A stretch of DNA of 64,000 nucleotides. It comes from an uncultured Gammaproteobacteria bacterium (GTDB lineage: Bacteria > Patescibacteriota > Microgenomatia > Daviesbacterales > UBA10151). Positions within the stretch are counted from its first letter, which is position 1; each line of letters opens with the position of its first letter. Below are positions 1-9,775 of the stretch, one piece after another. The notes under the pieces were generated by a model. That model was not told the DNA's origin. It made no database searches and was given only the letters and a program-made list of their open reading frames with translations. A program made the position numbers and the translations under genes. The stretch lies in NCBI GenBank assembly GCA_964387865.1, contig CAYLXC010000002.1, positions 18,676-82,675 on the forward strand, given 5' to 3'.

Positions 1-7
1 TAATCCA

Positions 8-1555
8 GTGTTTCTTTCTACTTTTTGGGTTCCCGCCACCATATTTGTTCTAAATCAATTATGGCAGACAAGAAAAAATAAAAAAAATATTTTAGAGATA
101 CTTGTAAGTTTTGCAGTTGGATTAATACTTTGGTCGGCAGTTAACTTTTGGTGGTTATATCCAACATTAAATTTAGGAAGTTCCTGGACTGACCAAACTG
201 GACAAACATGGCAATCAGATTTAAGTTCATTGCATGCAGTTAGTAAATATTTTCCTGTTTGGGAAATTTTGCTTCTTCGTCAAAGCTGGTATCTGGGGCA
301 TGAAAACGATTGGTTTGATTTCTACCATAATCCTTTTATTTATCTTATTGGTTTAATGATACTTCTGATAGCTATTTATGGTGTTATTAAAAGTAAAGGT
401 TTTACTTATTGGAAATATTTAATAGTTCTTGCAGTAGTGGGATTATTTATCTCTAAAGGAACTAGCTTTCCTTTCGGATATACATTTTTTGAAATACTTT
501 TTTCAAAATTTTCTCTTACTGTTGCACTGCGAAATTCGTATGAAAAATTTGGAATAGTTTGGTTGCTACCTTATACAGTATTTTTTGCAATCGGATTTAG
601 TGTTCTTCTTCAAAAGTTTAACAAGATAAAAAGATATATAGTTGGAGGAATCATAATCTCTCTATCTTATGGATTACTAGTCTATCCTATGTGGACAGGT
701 GATATTTTTCCACAAAAACATAGACTTAATATTCCTCAATATTATATTGATGCAAATAACTATTTAAAGAAATACTCTGATAATAGAATTTTTCATATTC
801 CGTTTATTTTAGAAATTGAAAGATTGAGCTATTCGTGGGGCTATGTAGGAGAAGATCCATCAGATAACTTATTTGATCCTGAACCTGCTTCAAAACGAGG
901 AGTACCTCCTTATAGTTTGTTTTATAAACAGATGAGTAATCATTTAGAGAATAAGGAATTCTCTAGAATTCTAGGCTTATTAGGTATTGAAAATGTAATT
1001 TTTCATAAAGACAACATCTATCCCAAAATAGATTTAAAGAAAACGCAAGATGTTATCGAGAGTTGGAAAGGGATTAATGAAAAAAAAGAATTCGGTCTTT
1101 TAACTGTCTATTCACTAGATCAAGAATTAATTAGACCTCGAATTTTTACTGCTAATTCCTTTATCCACGTTCAATCAGTTGAAGAAGGAATACTTAAGAT
1201 ATTAAATGGAGCCATTGACTACATAAGTACTGTTTTTATATTGGAACAAAACACTATATTGGCACAAGATCTAATTCCCGATCCCTCATTGTTTTTGAAT
1301 GTCAAGAAAATGAGTAGTCCTAATATAACTTTTGAGAAAAAATCTAATGATTCTTATAAGGTGGTTGTTAAAGACGCCAAAGCACCGGTTATACTTGTTT
1401 TAAACAATACTTTTGATAAGTCATGGCAAGCTAAGATTGGAAAAGAAACAATTGTAAATCACATTTTTGTTAACGGTTTTGCTAACGGATGGATTATTGG
1501 AAATATAGGAGATTATGAGGTGAATATTAATCTTAAGGTTTGGCCGTGGGATTAA
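8..1555 (+). CDS. C-terminal fragment (5'-truncated at window edge; the frame is open from nt 2) of a family-A large polytopic membrane protein, YfhO/AftD-like GT-C glycosyltransferase candidate
   Basis: Shares the family-A motifs seen in 4013, 37850, 41816 and 44468: 'SKGTSFPFGY' (KG..PF), 'LRNSYEKFG' (FRNPFEK-like) and the C-terminal 'NGFANGWIIGNIGDYEV'. TM helices sit in the N-terminal part. Confidence 0.55.
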   Translation: MFLSTFWVPATIFVLNQLWQTRKNKKNILEILVSFAVGLILWSAVNFWWLYPTLNLGSSWTDQTGQTWQSDLSSLHAVSKYFPVWEILLLRQSWYLGHENDWFDFYHNPFIYLIGLMILLIAIYGVIKSKGFTYWKYLIVLAVVGLFISKGTSFPFGYTFFEILFSKFSLTVALRNSYEKFGIVWLLPYTVFFAIGFSVLLQKFNKIKRYIVGGIIISLSYGLLVYPMWTGDIFPQKHRLNIPQYYIDANNYLKKYSDNRIFHIPFILEIERLSYSWGYVGEDPSDNLFDPEPASKRGVPPYSLFYKQMSNHLENKEFSRILGLLGIENVIFHKDNIYPKIDLKKTQDVIESWKGINEKKEFGLLTVYSLDQELIRPRIFTANSFIHVQSVEEGILKILNGAIDYISTVFILEQNTILAQDLIPDPSLFLNVKKMSSPNITFEKKSNDSYKVVVKDAKAPVILVLNNTFDKSWQAKIGKETIVNHIFVNGFANGWIIGNIGDYEVNINLKVWPWD

Positions 1556-1563
1556 ACTTCTTT

Positions 1564-2334
1564 TTATAAATAGTTTAACAATTCTCCTTTTTTAATAAAG
1601 ATAGAATTTTCGTGTGCCATTGGTTCAAAAAGTGGATAAAAGTAGGAATCCTGCATCCTTCCTTTATAAATAAATCCTAATTTAGTTAGACCGGTATAAA
1701 TATCCTCAAAAAAACATGAATTTTTCCAGGTCTCAACAAAACCGGTTTCTACTATTATTAATGAAGCTTGTTTTAATAACTTCTGTCCACCTTTTATAAT
1801 TAAATCTTCTGTACCTTCGGTATCCATCTTAATAAAAATAGGTTTTTTTAATTTCTTATTGCTAAAATATCGATCTAATGTTGTAACCTCGACACTGTAG
1901 TTTTTTGCTACATATTTATTATGTATTTTAGGGTTTGGTTTTAAAAAAGATGATGCTGCTAAGAAATTATATTCATAAAAATTTTTATTGCCTGTATAAT
2001 CAGTTAACGCTAGATTTTCAACAATAAATTTATTAGATTTAATTTTCGATTTAATTAAACTGATCTTCTGTTTAAGCGGCTCGAAAGCATATATATCTGT
2101 TTGTGGAGAAATATAATTAATCACTTTAGAAACATTTCCGTCTAGAGCGCCGATATCTATGAATGTACCAATTTTGAATTTACTGATCCATTCAAACTGG
2201 AGATATTGTGGTAAATATGCACCTTTAAATGGAAGTATTAAAAGATTAGGTCTTGATAAAAGATAAAACGCAAAAAAAATGTAATTTTTGATTACGGCTC
2301 TAAAAAATTTATATATTTTTGATATGTTTTTCAT
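1564..2334 (-). CDS. FkbM-family SAM-dependent methyltransferase
   Basis: 'FIDIGALDGNVS' and 'IKMDTEGTEDLIIKGG' resemble the Methyltransf_21/FkbM signature (DIGAN.G / K.D.EG.E). Confidence 0.65.
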   Translation of the reverse strand: MKNISKIYKFFRAVIKNYIFFAFYLLSRPNLLILPFKGAYLPQYLQFEWISKFKIGTFIDIGALDGNVSKVINYISPQTDIYAFEPLKQKISLIKSKIKSNKFIVENLALTDYTGNKNFYEYNFLAASSFLKPNPKIHNKYVAKNYSVEVTTLDRYFSNKKLKKPIFIKMDTEGTEDLIIKGGQKLLKQASLIIVETGFVETWKNSCFFEDIYTGLTKLGFIYKGRMQDSYFYPLFEPMAHENSIFIKKGELLNYL

Positions 2335-2358
2335 AACCTTAGACTTATTCTGAAATGG

Positions 2359-3048
2359 TTAGTTCTTAAAAAAATAGAAACAAGTATTATTTACAAACGG
2401 TATATTAAACTTCACAGGAAATCCAAAGCTAAAAATTGAATGAAATCTATATAAAAAAGGAATAAAAGCAACCCTAGTAAATGATATTTCTCTATACCCC
2501 AAGCTTTTTCCTACACTTATCCAAAACGGCGGTTCATGAACATTAATATGCATAGGGTCTGCCAAAGTCTGTTTTGTTGGGGTTGGAGTAGAGAAGACTA
2601 ATGTGTCCTCCTTTTTAAGCAGTTTTTTCATATTTTCTAAAGCTTTTTTTGGATTCTTTAAATATTCAACAACTTCAAGAGCAAAAATATAGTCATATTT
2701 CTGTTTAATAGCTACTTCTTTCTCTATATCTAGAACTTCAAACTCTATATCACTTTGTAGTTTGCTTGCTTTTTCAATAATAAATTCTGAAATATCAGAT
2801 GCGACAACTTTAAAGCGGTTCTCTTTTAAGATTTTTGCAAAAGATCCAATAGCACAGCCTATCTCCAAAACATACTTACCTTCTCCATTTTTTATTGGAA
2901 GTAATTTATTTAAAAGATTAACCCAACTCTTAAACCACCTATAATAATACATAAACTCAGAATGGTTGTATTTTTTAAAGAATATGCCAAAATATCTTTT
3001 ATCAAACTCATCTTTACCATGTTGCATAACCTTAAATTTATAAAGCAT
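2359..3048 (-). CDS. Class I SAM-dependent methyltransferase
   Basis: Motif I 'VLEIGCAIGSF', 'VVASDISEFIIEKA', motif 'YDYIFALEVVEYLKNP'. Confidence 0.7.
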   Translation of the reverse strand: MLYKFKVMQHGKDEFDKRYFGIFFKKYNHSEFMYYYRWFKSWVNLLNKLLPIKNGEGKYVLEIGCAIGSFAKILKENRFKVVASDISEFIIEKASKLQSDIEFEVLDIEKEVAIKQKYDYIFALEVVEYLKNPKKALENMKKLLKKEDTLVFSTPTPTKQTLADPMHINVHEPPFWISVGKSLGYREISFTRVAFIPFLYRFHSIFSFGFPVKFNIPFVNNTCFYFFKN

Positions 3049-3056
3049 TTTTATTG

Positions 3057-3920
3057 TTACTCCTTTTTAGTCAATATCATAAGCCCGAGAGGTGATTCTC
3101 CTATTAAGTAAAAAAAGGTTTCCAGTATAAACGCTATAGGTGCCCCCACAATTAAGAGAGTAAGTGTGGGTAAATTTTTAATCACACCCAATCTTAAATC
3201 TAATGTGGGCAATTTTAATATCTGTATAATACCTGCAAGTAGGCAGTATGGAGAATACTGATAAGACATAATGCCTCTTTGAGCAAGTACCTTTAAATTA
3301 TTTTTTTTGGCAATATTTCTTATTCCGGTCTCTGTAAAATGGAATAAGTGTCTGGGAATATCACGCTGAAGCCAATATTTTCCTAAAATCTTTGACTCAA
3401 AGGAATCAAATCGTGGATATTCAACAAAGATGAGTCCGTTTTTTTTGAGCAAGGATGTTGCTTTTTTTAGAAATTTTATAGGGGTAGAAACATGTTCCAA
3501 ACTTTCCAAAAAAACAATTGCATCAAATCTTTTATTTGTTTTCCACCTTAGGAAGTCTACTTTAATTATATTTTTATTTTTAACTTTTGCACCCGGAAAC
3601 TCTAAATTTGTCATATTAAAATCTTGACCAAGCATTTTCCCAAATACGCCTTCACCGGAACCCACATCTAATACCTCTCCATTTGACAAATATTTTTTGA
3701 ACCATCTAACCCTTAGTTTTTGGAGAGAATTATGTAAACCTTGTCTCAAAGTAGAGAATCTACCTTGATTTTGCCAGTAAATTTCTGGGTAATATATTGA
3801 CATATTTTTAGGAACAGGTGAGACAAACCCATTTTGACAATTATCACAGAAATAAAGGTTAAATTTATTTTTATCAAGAAGCCTGATATTTTTACCATTA
3901 CGACAAAGAGAACAACTCAT
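3057..3920 (-). CDS. SAM-dependent methyltransferase with N-terminal Cys4 zinc-ribbon (sugar C/O-methyltransferase-like)
   Basis: N-terminal 'CSLCRNGK...CDNCQNGF' zinc ribbon, then 'VLDVGSGEGVF' motif I and 'FDAIVFLESLEHVSTP'. Same architecture as 32082..33356. Confidence 0.6.
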   Translation of the reverse strand: MSCSLCRNGKNIRLLDKNKFNLYFCDNCQNGFVSPVPKNMSIYYPEIYWQNQGRFSTLRQGLHNSLQKLRVRWFKKYLSNGEVLDVGSGEGVFGKMLGQDFNMTNLEFPGAKVKNKNIIKVDFLRWKTNKRFDAIVFLESLEHVSTPIKFLKKATSLLKKNGLIFVEYPRFDSFESKILGKYWLQRDIPRHLFHFTETGIRNIAKKNNLKVLAQRGIMSYQYSPYCLLAGIIQILKLPTLDLRLGVIKNLPTLTLLIVGAPIAFILETFFYLIGESPLGLMILTKKE

Positions 3921-4012
3921 ATATTCAATCAGACGATTATAGCTTATATTTGGCCAATTCTGAAGTTGTCATTCAAATGAAAGAATAGTACAGTATTACA
4001 AACTTTAGATTA
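3921..4012. promoter_or_regulatory. Divergent intergenic promoter region (MTase on -, family-A gene on +)
   Basis: A 92-nt AT-rich spacer between divergently transcribed genes. Confidence 0.25.
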
Positions 4013-6214
4013 ATGAAAATAGTTATTTCAATTTTTTGTCTGGCCACCATTTTAATTGTGATTTGGTTTAGAGACGGCAATATTATGGGGACAGCCGAAG
4101 ATAGCCTCATATTTTACAATATTTCCCGTTTCCTGCCGGAATCACAGTATGCCTGGATGGAGCACCCGGGACTTGGCAGAGTAACCGTACACTTAACTGC
4201 AGCTAGGCCAACTTATGAAGCGCTTAATTTTTTGCAAGTATTAGGTTTTCCTAATTATTTAATTCAGGCATTAACTTTTTGGTTTATCCTTGTTAGTGCG
4301 GGTTTAGGAGTTTATTTAACCGTTAAAGAATTTTTCCCTCAACTTCAAAATAGATATGTTCTGCTTTCAGTTTTATTCTACTTATTTAATCCCCTGTCTT
4401 TAGTAAATGTCTGGAATAGATTTTTATCGGATTACATCTTTGCTTTTGGCTTGCTGCCAATTGTAACTTTTATATTTATAAAGGGACTCAAGAAAAAGAA
4501 TTATCTTTGGAGTCTTGTTTTAGTTTTGGTACTCCCTCTCTATAGCTTTGCTTTTACTTACCTAGCATTCGACATTCTTTTATGGATATTCTTTTTTACT
4601 CTGACTTTGCTTTTCTTTGTAACCAATAAAGAATTAAATGCTCGAATATTTTATATTAAATATTTTTTTCTTACCCTTTTATTGTTTTCACTTACTAATC
4701 TTTGGTGGATCGGTCAGCTAATGAGTCTTAAGCTGTTTAAAAATATTCACTCATCGGTCCTTAATTTTGATATTTCCGGTAATTTAGACATTCTGGATGC
4801 CCTAAGCAAAAAAATGGGCAATCTATCCGACATCTTTAGACTGACAAATGCATCCTTTCTTAATGAAAATTCGCTTTGGTGGGTAAAAACTTTTCACTCG
4901 CTACCTTTTGTTATAATGCAATACCTGATCACATCTTTGATACTTTACTCAATTATTCGGGGTATTAGAAATAAGTCTGTATTAATTTTGGGTGGGTTAT
5001 TTTTTGTAAGCATATATTTGGCAAAAGGGATAAACCCCCCTTTCGGAGAATTGTATAAGTTAATTTTTACAAGCGTTCCATTTTTACAGGTCTTTCGCAA
5101 TCCTTTTGAAAAAGCATCGTTTATTTTAGCTTTATCGGCTACTCTATTAATAGGTTTTAGCGTATTCAACCTTGTTCGGCAACTTCCTAAAAAATTTGGA
5201 AATTTACTATATTTTGGTCTGTTGTGCTTTATTGTCTTAGTATGGGGTTTTCCGTTTTATACAGGATGGGTATTTACATCGCCGGATCCGCCAACAAATA
5301 ATTATAAGGTGGGATATAAAGTTAAAGTTCCTCATTATTATCATGAAGCTGATGGGTGGCTTAAAGGTAAGGGTGATAACTTCCGGTTTATTGGTTTTCC
5401 ACTGGGTGATGAAGGGATAACTTATAACTGGGAGAAAGGTTACTCAGGCGTAGAGCTTTCAACAGCTCTTTTTGCAACCCCGGGAATCTTACATAATACT
5501 GCAGTTCCATATTATCATGAGCTGGTTCCCCACATACAGAAGACCCTACTTTCTCAAGACAATTTCCTAAAGTTGGCAAACGTTTTAAATGTAAAATTTC
5601 TTTTTATCCGCCATGATATTGATTATAAGTTAAGGAAGATGGAAAATCCCGCTATCATTGATAAAAACTTTGCCGAAAGACAGAAGAATAATCAGATCAA
5701 AAAGGTTGCTAATTTTGGTCAGCTAAGTTTTTGGGAAAACATGCAATGGAAAGACAGGACTTTTTATCCTGGCAGAAGGATTGTGAAAAGTTCAAACGAT
5801 CAGCAAGTGTCGGAATTAACTGCTGTAGATGTGAATGAGGATGAAGTATTAATGGATGCAAAAAATATTCAAGCGTTAAATTCTGAGTCCGAGGTTAGTA
5901 TATCTTATGAAAAAATTAATCCTACCAGATATATTGTTCATGTTAAGAATGCGTCTCCTTTTATTTTAGTTTTTTCCGAGCTTTTCAACAACGCCTGGCA
6001 GGCATTTTATGAGGACAACAAACTTGACAAACATTTTAGAGTTAATTTCTATGCCAACGGATGGTATATTGAAAGAAGGGGAAATTATGATATTTTGATT
6101 GAATTTATCCCACAAAGATTACTTTTGGCAGGAGAAAAAATTTCATCTTTTTCATATGCTTCAGTCCTTTTGATATTATTTATTTATCTATTTAGAAAAA
6201 AATGGAAAGCATGA
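4013..6214 (+). CDS. Family-A large polytopic membrane protein (733 aa), YfhO/AftD-like GT-C glycosyltransferase candidate
   Basis: About 11 N-terminal TM helices. Conserved motifs 'AKGINPPFGE', 'FRNPFEKASF', 'NWEKGYSGVEL' and the C-terminal 'FSELFNNAWQAFY...FYANGWYIERRGNYDILIEFIPQ' followed by a terminal TM anchor. Paralogous to 37850, 41816, 44468 and 8..1555. Confidence 0.6.
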   Translation: MKIVISIFCLATILIVIWFRDGNIMGTAEDSLIFYNISRFLPESQYAWMEHPGLGRVTVHLTAARPTYEALNFLQVLGFPNYLIQALTFWFILVSAGLGVYLTVKEFFPQLQNRYVLLSVLFYLFNPLSLVNVWNRFLSDYIFAFGLLPIVTFIFIKGLKKKNYLWSLVLVLVLPLYSFAFTYLAFDILLWIFFFTLTLLFFVTNKELNARIFYIKYFFLTLLLFSLTNLWWIGQLMSLKLFKNIHSSVLNFDISGNLDILDALSKKMGNLSDIFRLTNASFLNENSLWWVKTFHSLPFVIMQYLITSLILYSIIRGIRNKSVLILGGLFFVSIYLAKGINPPFGELYKLIFTSVPFLQVFRNPFEKASFILALSATLLIGFSVFNLVRQLPKKFGNLLYFGLLCFIVLVWGFPFYTGWVFTSPDPPTNNYKVGYKVKVPHYYHEADGWLKGKGDNFRFIGFPLGDEGITYNWEKGYSGVELSTALFATPGILHNTAVPYYHELVPHIQKTLLSQDNFLKLANVLNVKFLFIRHDIDYKLRKMENPAIIDKNFAERQKNNQIKKVANFGQLSFWENMQWKDRTFYPGRRIVKSSNDQQVSELTAVDVNEDEVLMDAKNIQALNSESEVSISYEKINPTRYIVHVKNASPFILVFSELFNNAWQAFYEDNKLDKHFRVNFYANGWYIERRGNYDILIEFIPQRLLLAGEKISSFSYASVLLILFIYLFRKKWKA

Positions 6215-6420
6215 TTTATTGGTTAGTTTTAGGGATATTAATCGTTGCAGCTGCTTCTTTTAAAAAGAGAGCATCATTCTATCTTTCTTTAGCTTTTTAT
6301 CTTTTTATGGCTGGAGCAATACTTAGAATTATCGGTATAAATGATATAGCAGAGCTAATAATGAGGATAAGCCTTATAGGATGGTTAGTTGGACTAGGTC
6401 TATCTTTTAAGCAGTTGTGA
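6202..6420 (+). CDS. Small polytopic membrane protein (72 aa); partner of the family-A gene
   Basis: ATG overlaps the stop of 4013..6214 (ATGGAAAGCATGA). There are 2-3 TM helices. 'DIAELIMRISLIGWLVG' is similar to 'DIGEFIMRLSFIFLLVG' in the small protein at 41331. Confidence 0.4.
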   Translation: MESMIYWLVLGILIVAAASFKKRASFYLSLAFYLFMAGAILRIIGINDIAELIMRISLIGWLVGLGLSFKQL

Positions 6421-7968
6421 GAGTTTGTCTCTTGTAGTAGCGGTTGTGTCTATTAATTTATCAGTGCCTTCTAGCTGAAAGGTAAGTATATTTGTGAGAG
6501 ATATAGGTTGTTCCGGTAGCCCATGCTTAATTAAAGATTTTCCATCCGTCACGGCAGAAATTGATTCTTCAAAACTGCCTAAAGTTACCACTGATTTATA
6601 ATCAGCTAGGCCGTAAATAAGTTGTATTCTGGATGGAAAACCAAAAGTTAATACATTATGAACAATTTCTCCGTTCTCTCCTGTAAAATAAAATGCCAGT
6701 GGTCCTTTTGAAAAATCATCCTTTGAGAATTTTGGTATTTGTGACCAAATCTTATTACTTAACTGTTGATTTCTAACAGCCAACAGTTTGTTAAGGTAGC
6801 TACTAGTTGAAAAAAGATGAATTAGTGTTATTGTTAAAACAAGCAATAACATTATAAGCTTATTCTTTTTATCATGAACTATACTGATAAGAGCTGCTAG
6901 GAATAAGGAGAAACCCCCGGCAGAGATTATTAAATATCTATGAGTTGTGGGAAACATAAAGTTTGGGTCACGAATCCATGGTATTAAGAGAGGGAAAAGA
7001 GTCCAAAGTAGGGATATTATGAATATATCTGCAAGATAAGATTTTCTTTGTTTGATAACTAGCACTAGCCATACAATAATCAAAATCCCTCCAATTAGTG
7101 CAAATGGGATTTCAAACGTTCCTGAAAGATTTGGAATAAACATTCCCCCTATTTCTGCTAAGGCGTACAGCAAAAATTCGGACTGCCCATTTTGAATCAA
7201 TTTAAGACTTGATTCGACCCCTATTATCACTGTGGTTGCTATTCCTTTTGTTGAGGGTTTTATAGTTTGTTTATCCCAATCTGGGGATGAATATGTGGTA
7301 GTGCCTAGTAACAAAAATAGAAATATTAAAATTAACAATGATAATCTTAGGATTACTCTTTTCAATATTCGGGAATCACGATTATTAAGCAGCCAAAAAA
7401 GTTCTATGGAAATAATTAAAGGAACAAGACTGGTAGTTCTTATAGGTGAGCTAATTATGGTTGTATAAAAGAGGCTAGATGTTAGGATTAGTGATTTTAA
7501 TTTTGTATTTTCCCTCAATTTTATAAAAAAGTAAAGAAAAAAATTGAAAAAAGTTACTGTTAAATAAGAAGTCATATTGAAAACCCAATTTGTAGTTTCT
7601 AATCCGATGGGGGTGATAGAGAAAAAAAGAATGGCAAAAAAAGAAGCCAATTTATTTTTAGTAAGAAGGAGTGTAATGGGATAAAAAGAGAAAGATGCGA
7701 GGAGTCTCATTAAATAGGAGATGATATAATATGGTGCTGATTGGAAATCAAAAATTCTTGATAATAATCCCGTGGTGATATCTTGTGGACCATATAAGGT
7801 TTGAAAATATGTAAGGTGATTCCAAACTCCTTTTGAGAATATTCCTACCATTAATTCGTATCTCCATGCAGTTACCCAAAAATCTCCAAAAACAGCAAGA
7901 TTAAATGAAGGAAAGAAGACATACAGACTGGTAGATACTATTATGAGGATTGCTAAAAAATAATACAT
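6400..7968 (-). CDS. Polytopic membrane protein (522 aa), possible distant family-B/GT-C glycosyltransferase
   Basis: At least 10 predicted TM helices. After TM1 there is an 'AVFGDFWVTAW' motif that resembles the family-B 'GF..DDVW' acidic loop. The start overlaps the upstream methyltransferase's stop (TAATG). Confidence 0.4.
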   Translation of the reverse strand: MYYFLAILIIVSTSLYVFFPSFNLAVFGDFWVTAWRYELMVGIFSKGVWNHLTYFQTLYGPQDITTGLLSRIFDFQSAPYYIISYLMRLLASFSFYPITLLLTKNKLASFFAILFFSITPIGLETTNWVFNMTSYLTVTFFNFFLYFFIKLRENTKLKSLILTSSLFYTTIISSPIRTTSLVPLIISIELFWLLNNRDSRILKRVILRLSLLILIFLFLLLGTTTYSSPDWDKQTIKPSTKGIATTVIIGVESSLKLIQNGQSEFLLYALAEIGGMFIPNLSGTFEIPFALIGGILIIVWLVLVIKQRKSYLADIFIISLLWTLFPLLIPWIRDPNFMFPTTHRYLIISAGGFSLFLAALISIVHDKKNKLIMLLLVLTITLIHLFSTSSYLNKLLAVRNQQLSNKIWSQIPKFSKDDFSKGPLAFYFTGENGEIVHNVLTFGFPSRIQLIYGLADYKSVVTLGSFEESISAVTDGKSLIKHGLPEQPISLTNILTFQLEGTDKLIDTTATTRDKLSQLLKR

Positions 7969-8534
7969 TATATTTTTTTAATGTTTTCCAAGTAAAATGC
8001 AAAATGAGAGAATGGATACCAAAAGGGTTTTGATAGCTGTTTAACTTTAAAATTTATTCCCATTTGCTTAAATATTTTCTGCCAATCTTTAATATCTCTG
8101 AATGACAACGGTATATACAGTTGTCCATAATGTAATTTGTTAAGGATAGTATCTGCAAACTTACCATAAAAGGTAGGCTGAGCTTCAAATACTAGTACTG
8201 TTTTCGCCACCCTCAAAGCTTCCTGCAAAATACTTCTTTGGTCTTGCATCTTAACATGGTGTAGTACATCATTTAGTAAGACAACATCATAACTTTTATT
8301 TGAGAAAGGAAGCCTACTGTTTGATATTTTTACAAATGGTAAATCATAAGTTAAATGATTTTCAATGTCGCAGACTGTAATATTTACTCCTAAGTTAATT
8401 CTTAAAAAGTTTGCAACAGCCCCGTTACCGCATCCCATATCAAGGACCCTATCGCTTTTTTTAATCCAGTTTTTGTAAGCATTCATTATCAATTTACATC
8501 TGTATGGCATAGTTAATGTTGCAATGTTAATCAT
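7968..8534 (-). CDS. Class I SAM-dependent methyltransferase
   Basis: 'VLDMGCGNGAVANFL' motif I, 'YDVVLLNDVLHHV'. The ORF track extends to a TTG at 8591, but the ATG at 8534 (MINIATL...) gives the normal spacing to motif I. Confidence 0.6.
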   Translation of the reverse strand: MINIATLTMPYRCKLIMNAYKNWIKKSDRVLDMGCGNGAVANFLRINLGVNITVCDIENHLTYDLPFVKISNSRLPFSNKSYDVVLLNDVLHHVKMQDQRSILQEALRVAKTVLVFEAQPTFYGKFADTILNKLHYGQLYIPLSFRDIKDWQKIFKQMGINFKVKQLSKPFWYPFSHFAFYLENIKKI

Positions 8535-8584
8535 GGTATTATTTAAATTTAGTAGATCATATAATATTAAGACATTTGTATAAA

Positions 8585-9775
8585 ATGACAAGATTTAACT
8601 TTCATATTTTTGCCAATGCTGCATTAGGTAAAGGATTATCTGGTGGGGATAGGATTTTTATTGAATTTGCAAAAAGATTAAGTATTCACCAGAAGGTGAT
8701 AGTTTATGTATGGCAAGAAGGATATGAGATGTGTAGACGGCAGGGTTTATCTGAGTGTGTAAATTTTAAGATATTAAATGTTAATTTTTGGTGTAAATTT
8801 GGTTTTTTAATATGCTACATTGCCAGAATTTTTAAATCTATCTGGTTTGCTATTATAACCAAGATAGATAATAGTGAGAAAACTATTATCTATTCAGCAT
8901 CGGAATTTTGGATGGATTCACTCCCGGCATTTATTTTGAAGCTTAGATTTCCTCAGGTAAGGTGGGTAGCGGGTTGGTTCCAAACTGCCCCAAATCCTTT
9001 TACAGGTTTTACGGAGGGGGTAAGAGAAAGACAATATAGATTATCAGCATTTTTTTATTGGTTTGTGCAACTTCCTATAAAACCATTAATTAGAAGATGG
9101 GCAGATTTTGTTTTGGTTAATAATGAGCTAGAAAAAAAACAATTTAATAAACTTGATAAATTGGGTAGAGTATTGGTAATTCTTGGAGCTGTGAATATAG
9201 AAGATATTAGCCAATATCTTAGAAAGAACAAGGACTTGCCTAAAATTTATGATGTCGTTTTCCAGGGTAGATTTCACCCTCAAAAGGGTGTGATAGAGCT
9301 TATCGATATTTGGAAGTTTGTGACTAGTAGACTTCCGAATGCTAAACTTGCCATGATTGGAGATGGTCCTCTGATGGATCTAGTTAAGAAAAAGATAGAT
9401 GATCTTAGATTACAAAAGAATATAAAACTTTTCGGTTATGTTTTTGATGGGCCAAAAAAATACGGGATTTTTTCTGAAAGTAAGTTAGTAGTCCATCCAG
9501 CATTTTTTGATTCTGGAGGAATGGCTGCCCAAGAAGCGATGGCTTTTGGTCTGCCTTGTATTGGATTTGATTTAAGTTCCTATAAATCCTACTTTCCCAG
9601 CGGGATAGTTAAGGTTGCAGTTGGAGATTTGCAAGGATTTGCCAATATTATAGCTGAATTATTAGAAAATAAAAATAAAAGGGATAGGATTGGTAGGGAA
9701 GCTCAAAAAATGATTAATGAAAATTGGAGCTGGGATAAAAGAGTTGAACAGCTTACGACTATTTTAAAAACCTAG
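8585..9775 (+). CDS. GT4-family (GT-B) glycosyltransferase
   Basis: C-terminal 'ESKLVVHPAFFDSGGMAAQEAMAFGLPCIGFD' (E-x7-E-type motif) and 'FQGRFHPQKGVIELI'. The ORF track starts at a TTG at 8576; I prefer the ATG at 8585. Confidence 0.7.
   Translation: MTRFNFHIFANAALGKGLSGGDRIFIEFAKRLSIHQKVIVYVWQEGYEMCRRQGLSECVNFKILNVNFWCKFGFLICYIARIFKSIWFAIITKIDNSEKTIIYSASEFWMDSLPAFILKLRFPQVRWVAGWFQTAPNPFTGFTEGVRERQYRLSAFFYWFVQLPIKPLIRRWADFVLVNNELEKKQFNKLDKLGRVLVILGAVNIEDISQYLRKNKDLPKIYDVVFQGRFHPQKGVIELIDIWKFVTSRLPNAKLAMIGDGPLMDLVKKKIDDLRLQKNIKLFGYVFDGPKKYGIFSESKLVVHPAFFDSGGMAAQEAMAFGLPCIGFDLSSYKSYFPSGIVKVAVGDLQGFANIIAELLENKNKRDRIGREAQKMINENWSWDKRVEQLTTILKT

Noticed and set aside
2762-2944. 60-aa + strand ORF inside the methyltransferase gene at 2359..3048 (- strand). 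Similar antisense or embedded small ORFs occur at 3430..3627, 4945..5169, 5388..5579, 7232..7468, 12163..12345, 14204..14512, 16092..16361, 19175..19453, 22403..22597, 26771..27265, 36556..36897 and 60065..60373.
   Set aside because: All lie wholly inside longer ORFs on the opposite strand or in another frame that have strong motif support. Their composition is low-complexity and motif-free, typical of AT-rich antisense artefacts.
8576-8591. Apparent 16-nt overlap of divergent start codons (TTG at 8576 on + and TTG at 8591 on -).
   Set aside because: Both are the ORF track's upstream-most non-ATG starts. In-frame ATGs at 8585 (+) and 8534 (-) give normal N-termini and leave a 50-nt divergent promoter containing TATAAT, so the overlap is probably an ORF-calling artefact.
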